From: Candidatus Latescibacterota bacterium
Lineage (GTDB): Bacteria; Latescibacterota; UBA2968; UBA8231
Assembly: GCA_965223905.1 (NCBI GenBank)
Contig: CBDCXV010000011.1
Coordinates: 2,131,908-2,195,907 of the forward strand
DNA: 64,000 nt
Reading direction: 5' to 3'
Shown here: piece by piece, positions 60,735 to 64,000 of the stretch
Layout of the letters: each line of letters starts with the position of its first letter
How positions within the stretch are numbered: the first letter of the stretch is position 1
Made by a program: the position numbers and the translations under genes
Notes under the pieces: generated by a model
Told to the model about the DNA's origin: nothing
The model's database searches: none
What the model saw: only the letters and a program-made list of their open reading frames with translations

Positions 60735-60920
60735 TGCGGGTAGTGACTATTGTTGATGATGCCTCCGTAGAGATTTGACCGGAGGCGGGGTCGATGGGCC
60801 TGAAGCCTGGGTCATGGAATCGGTCTCCTCCGGTCCGAAACCGGGCCAGCCCCTCGATCCGGGCAAAACCCAGGACCGGGTTGTCACCGAAGAGAAGCGG
60901 ACCCCGACGGCAACCGAACA

Positions 60921-61529
60921 GTGATCCACGATCCCGAGACGCCACTCCCGCCCCCCTGCTTCGACGACGTCCGCGCCGCCCTCCGCAGCCGCCGGCCGAA
61001 GGCGTTCCCCGACTGCCGCGCAGCGGTGGCCCTCATCTGCTGCGAGCAGGCCGGCTCCCTGCACCTGCTGTTCATCGAGAGAGCGCAGAGAGCGGGGGAT
61101 CCCTGGTCCGGACACCTCGCCTTTCCGGGGGGCCGCATCGATGCCGGCGACGCCGGGCCTCGGGCCGCTGCCGAGCGGGAGACGCGGGAGGAGGTCGGCC
61201 TCGACCTCGGCCCGGATGAGTACCTCGGGCGCCTCGACGATCTCGCCACGGTGACCACCTCCATGCCGGTCGCCGCCTTCGTGTACGGACTCGCCGAACC
61301 GCGGCCGCTGCGGATCGGGGAGGAGGTGGAGGAGGCGTTCTGGTATCCGTTCGGCGAGCTGCTCGACCCGGAGCGGCAGGGGCTGCGGGAGTTCGAGCAC
61401 CGCGGCGAGAGGGGCTCCTGGCCGAGCATCGACCTGCGGCGGCCGGGCAGTCCCCATCTCTGGGGGGTGACCTACCGTTTCGTCGCCCACCTGGCGGAGC
61501 TGCTGGGGCGCCCCCTGCCCGCGGCCTGA
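60921..61529 (+). CDS. Nudix hydrolase (CoA pyrophosphatase)
   Basis: WSGHLAFPGG...AAAERETREEVG, LWGVT. Confidence 0.9.
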   Translation: MIHDPETPLPPPCFDDVRAALRSRRPKAFPDCRAAVALICCEQAGSLHLLFIERAQRAGDPWSGHLAFPGGRIDAGDAGPRAAAERETREEVGLDLGPDEYLGRLDDLATVTTSMPVAAFVYGLAEPRPLRIGEEVEEAFWYPFGELLDPERQGLREFEHRGERGSWPSIDLRRPGSPHLWGVTYRFVAHLAELLGRPLPAA

Positions 61530-61530
61530 C

Positions 61531-62175
61531 CTACTCGACGGCCAGCTCCTGAACCAGCAGGTACTGGCCCGGCAGCAGGCGCGCCGTGACCTCTACCGGC
61601 TTGAAGTGGGAGCCGGCCCCGAGAAAGGCATCCTTGCCGGAGCCGAACTGCAGGTAGTTGTAGATGCGGCCGTCCTCCGCTTCGAGGTGATGCAGGTGGC
61701 CGAGCTCGCAGGAGTGCGGCAGGTCGGCGACGCTGAGGCCGCACTGGCACTTGTTCACCCCGGCGAGGGTGACCTGCTGCCCGGGGTCGTTGCGGAAGGC
61801 GGCGAAGTCGATCAGCGGCACGGTGGTCACCGTCTTCAGGGAATCGACGTGCACCAGGGCTCCCCGCTCCAGGAGCCTGCCCGACACCTGCACTACCGAC
61901 CCGGGCTCCGTCGCTTCCAGGGCGCCGGCGTTTCCCGGGGTTTCGAGGAAGGCGTACACCCCCTCCTCGGTCACCAGGGCGCGGCCGGCGACCTCGTGCT
62001 CCGCCTGCAGCTCCGCGGGCCCGCTGCCCTCCGCGGCCGCGGTGAAGAAGCTGTGGATGTCGACGATTACCCCGTGCCCCTGGAAGGGGGCGCTCTGCTC
62101 TCCCTGCTGCTTCTGCTGGCCAGCCCACGCGGTGGTGGCCGCGGCGATCAGCAGCATCTGCGTTGCCGTTCTCAT
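61531..62175 (-). CDS. Secreted hypothetical protein with Cys/His cluster
   Basis: Signal peptide; two similar beta-rich halves; KCQC...HSCELGHLHH. Confidence 0.65.
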   Translation of the reverse strand: MRTATQMLLIAAATTAWAGQQKQQGEQSAPFQGHGVIVDIHSFFTAAAEGSGPAELQAEHEVAGRALVTEEGVYAFLETPGNAGALEATEPGSVVQVSGRLLERGALVHVDSLKTVTTVPLIDFAAFRNDPGQQVTLAGVNKCQCGLSVADLPHSCELGHLHHLEAEDGRIYNYLQFGSGKDAFLGAGSHFKPVEVTARLLPGQYLLVQELAVE

Positions 62176-62608
62176 CGCTGTCTCCCGGATGAAGTGTGAC
62201 GGTGTGACGATATCACGGCCCTCCCGGCTGCGCTGCCGGAGTCGGCCGCTCCAATCTCAAAGGTGAATACTCTCTTTGCCGGGCCCCGGCGCAAGTGGCG
62301 GCCCTGTCCCGGCGCCGATTGCCCGCCGCTTCAACTCGGCGACAACCGGGGCATGGTCCCTGCTTTCCGGCCGCCCTGGAAAGCCGCGGTGTTCACCGCA
62401 AAGATGGCCGGGCTGTGAATTCGATCGCTCTCCCGAGCCTCTCCCGTCGCAGCACCGATCCCCGAACACCACCATGAGGCCCGTTGGAACAGATTCCCAG
62501 TCTTGCCGGACCGCGGTGCAAGGACGCCCCGTCCAGGCCGCGAGGGCCGGTCGCTTCAACCTCGCGCCTCCACTGAACCCCCGCTCGAACCCGGGGCCCA
62601 AGCCGGCC

Positions 62609-63409
62609 TCAATCGTAGTTGCTCCGCTTGTGGTCCCCCATGAGGCGCAGCTGCCTCGGCGTCGCCTGCGCGAGGATGTCCGGATCGAACCGGAAGCGGT
62701 TGAGGTAAGGCGGGTACTTCTGGGTGATCATGCGCTGCGCGTAGTGCACCTGCAGCAGGTAGCGCACCTGGCCGCTGGTGTTGGCGGTGCCCTGGTGCCA
62801 GACCTCGCTGCGGAAGATGACGACGTCCCCCGCCTTGCAGAAAATCCCCTTCGGCGGAAACCCCTTGTACCCGGTGTCCCCGTCCGGCGGACGGCCGGCG
62901 CGGTGGCTGCCGGGCACGAACGCGGTCGGGCCGAGCTCCTCGTAGAGGTCGTCGAGGTAGAAATGGGCGGTGGTGATGTACACCGGGATGCGCAGGCGCG
63001 GATCGTCCATCAGGTCTTCGGGAACCGTCAGCGGCTGCCAGTCGGCGTGCAGGTTCTGCGCGGGCCGCCCCGGGCCGGTCAGCCAGGCCGTCATGCCGAT
63101 GCAGTGGCAGTCGGGCCCGTGCAGGGCCTCGGCCAGCTCGATGACCCGCGGGCGGTCGAGGTAGCCGGTGAACAGGGGATCGCGGTTGAAGACGTTGTTG
63201 ATGGACTTGGAGAAAAAGCCATTCTCCCCGGAGGTCCCGGTGCGGTCGAAGCTCTCCGGTATCGCTTCCAGGGCGTCCATCGCCGCGCGCAGCCGCGTGA
63301 TCTCGCCGGCGCCGACGACCCCGGGCAGATAGGCGTAGCCGTCGCGGTGCACGGCTTCGACCTGCTCCTCCAGCTCGGGGTAGGCTACCAGCGGAATCGG
63401 CTCGATCAT
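62609..63409 (-). CDS. Phytanoyl-CoA dioxygenase (PhyH) family protein
   Basis: RDGYAYLP, LHAD, FVPGSH, AGDVVIF...WHQG. Confidence 0.9.
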   Translation of the reverse strand: MIEPIPLVAYPELEEQVEAVHRDGYAYLPGVVGAGEITRLRAAMDALEAIPESFDRTGTSGENGFFSKSINNVFNRDPLFTGYLDRPRVIELAEALHGPDCHCIGMTAWLTGPGRPAQNLHADWQPLTVPEDLMDDPRLRIPVYITTAHFYLDDLYEELGPTAFVPGSHRAGRPPDGDTGYKGFPPKGIFCKAGDVVIFRSEVWHQGTANTSGQVRYLLQVHYAQRMITQKYPPYLNRFRFDPDILAQATPRQLRLMGDHKRSNYD

Positions 63410-63413
63410 GGCC

Positions 63414-63998
63414 TCATCTCCTTTTCCCGTCGAGGATCCGCTCGGCCTGCCACGGCCGTCTCTCCCCGTAGTACTCGTGCTGCGGGCGCCGCGGTTCCGC
63501 CTTTGCGAGCTGCCTGCCGTACACGGCGACGCCGGTGAGGCCGTTGGAAGTCCGCAGGCGCCGCGGCAGCACTGCCTCGCGCTCGAACCCCGCCTGCTCC
63601 AGGGCCTGCCCGGCGTCCCCGTCCCCTTCCGCGGCGTAAACCTGCAATACAGAGATGCCGATCCGGTGGGCGCGGGCGGCCGCGGCTTCGATCAGCTCCC
63701 AGGTCTGGTCCCCGTACTCCGGGGCGACGCGGAAGCTGAGCTGGGCGACGTGCTGCTGGTGGAAGGTGGGCAGGCGCTCGGCGATGGCGCAGCCGACCAC
63801 CCTCCGGCGCGGATTCTCCAGCACCATGATGAGGCCGCGGTCCTCCTCGACGCGGCGCATCAGGCGCACGAAGTGACCCTCGAAACGGGTGTCGCGGAAG
63901 CAGTGGCTGAGGTACTCCTTGATCTCCCAGGCCGGCTGCGGGTGGCAGAACAGCACCGAGGCGCCCGGCAGGTCTCCCCAGTGCGCCTCCCGGACAGC
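63414..63998 (-). CDS. GNAT-like acetyltransferase, 5'-truncated by window
   Basis: Open to the window edge; VVGCA...ALEQAGFEREAVL. Confidence 0.6.
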   Translation of the reverse strand, partial: AVREAHWGDLPGASVLFCHPQPAWEIKEYLSHCFRDTRFEGHFVRLMRRVEEDRGLIMVLENPRRRVVGCAIAERLPTFHQQHVAQLSFRVAPEYGDQTWELIEAAAARAHRIGISVLQVYAAEGDGDAGQALEQAGFEREAVLPRRLRTSNGLTGVAVYGRQLAKAEPRRPQHEYYGERRPWQAERILDGKRR

Positions 63999-64000
63999 CG

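Noticed and set aside
62180-62605. Riboswitch or ncRNA in the long intergenic gap
   Set aside because: No recognisable Rfam-type motif by eye; an Infernal search would be needed.

Overview
A GC-rich bacterial chromosome segment; the lineage is inferred to be FCB-group, Latescibacterota-like, possibly a sponge symbiont, from a UBact proteasome operon, FlgD-Ig/T9SS-like C-termini and a TPR remnant. Positions 1-33.8 kb are mostly core genes: a secreted CotH/LTD protein, tRNA-Val, tyrS, guaA, two paralogous secreted M6 metalloproteases, gatB, a complete arc-dop-ubact-prcB-prcA-pafA proteasome operon, lepB, oxidoreductases and a dnaE2-imuB mutagenesis cassette. Positions 33.8-60.8 kb are a patchy, partly lower-GC defence/accessory zone. 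It holds an HD phosphohydrolase with a YwgA-like partner and a PLD nuclease (hit by two ISL3 copies and a 76-bp MITE-like insert), a Lamassu/ABC-3C system, a type IIG/ISP-like RM enzyme with a HEPN-like neighbour, SNF2 plus a SWIM protein with a histone-H1-like tail, a toxin-immunity pair and several pseudogenes. The most novel-looking signal is an unannotated Tyr-codon leader peptide (MTRRVHSEYRYTP) with full 1:2 / 2:3 / 3:4 attenuator geometry in front of tyrS. Also notable are overlapping divergent promoters with a candidate SOS operator between dnaE2 and the defence operon, and a 750-bp mosaic built from diverged copies of three neighbouring genes. Product calls come from motif recognition only; no searches were run.
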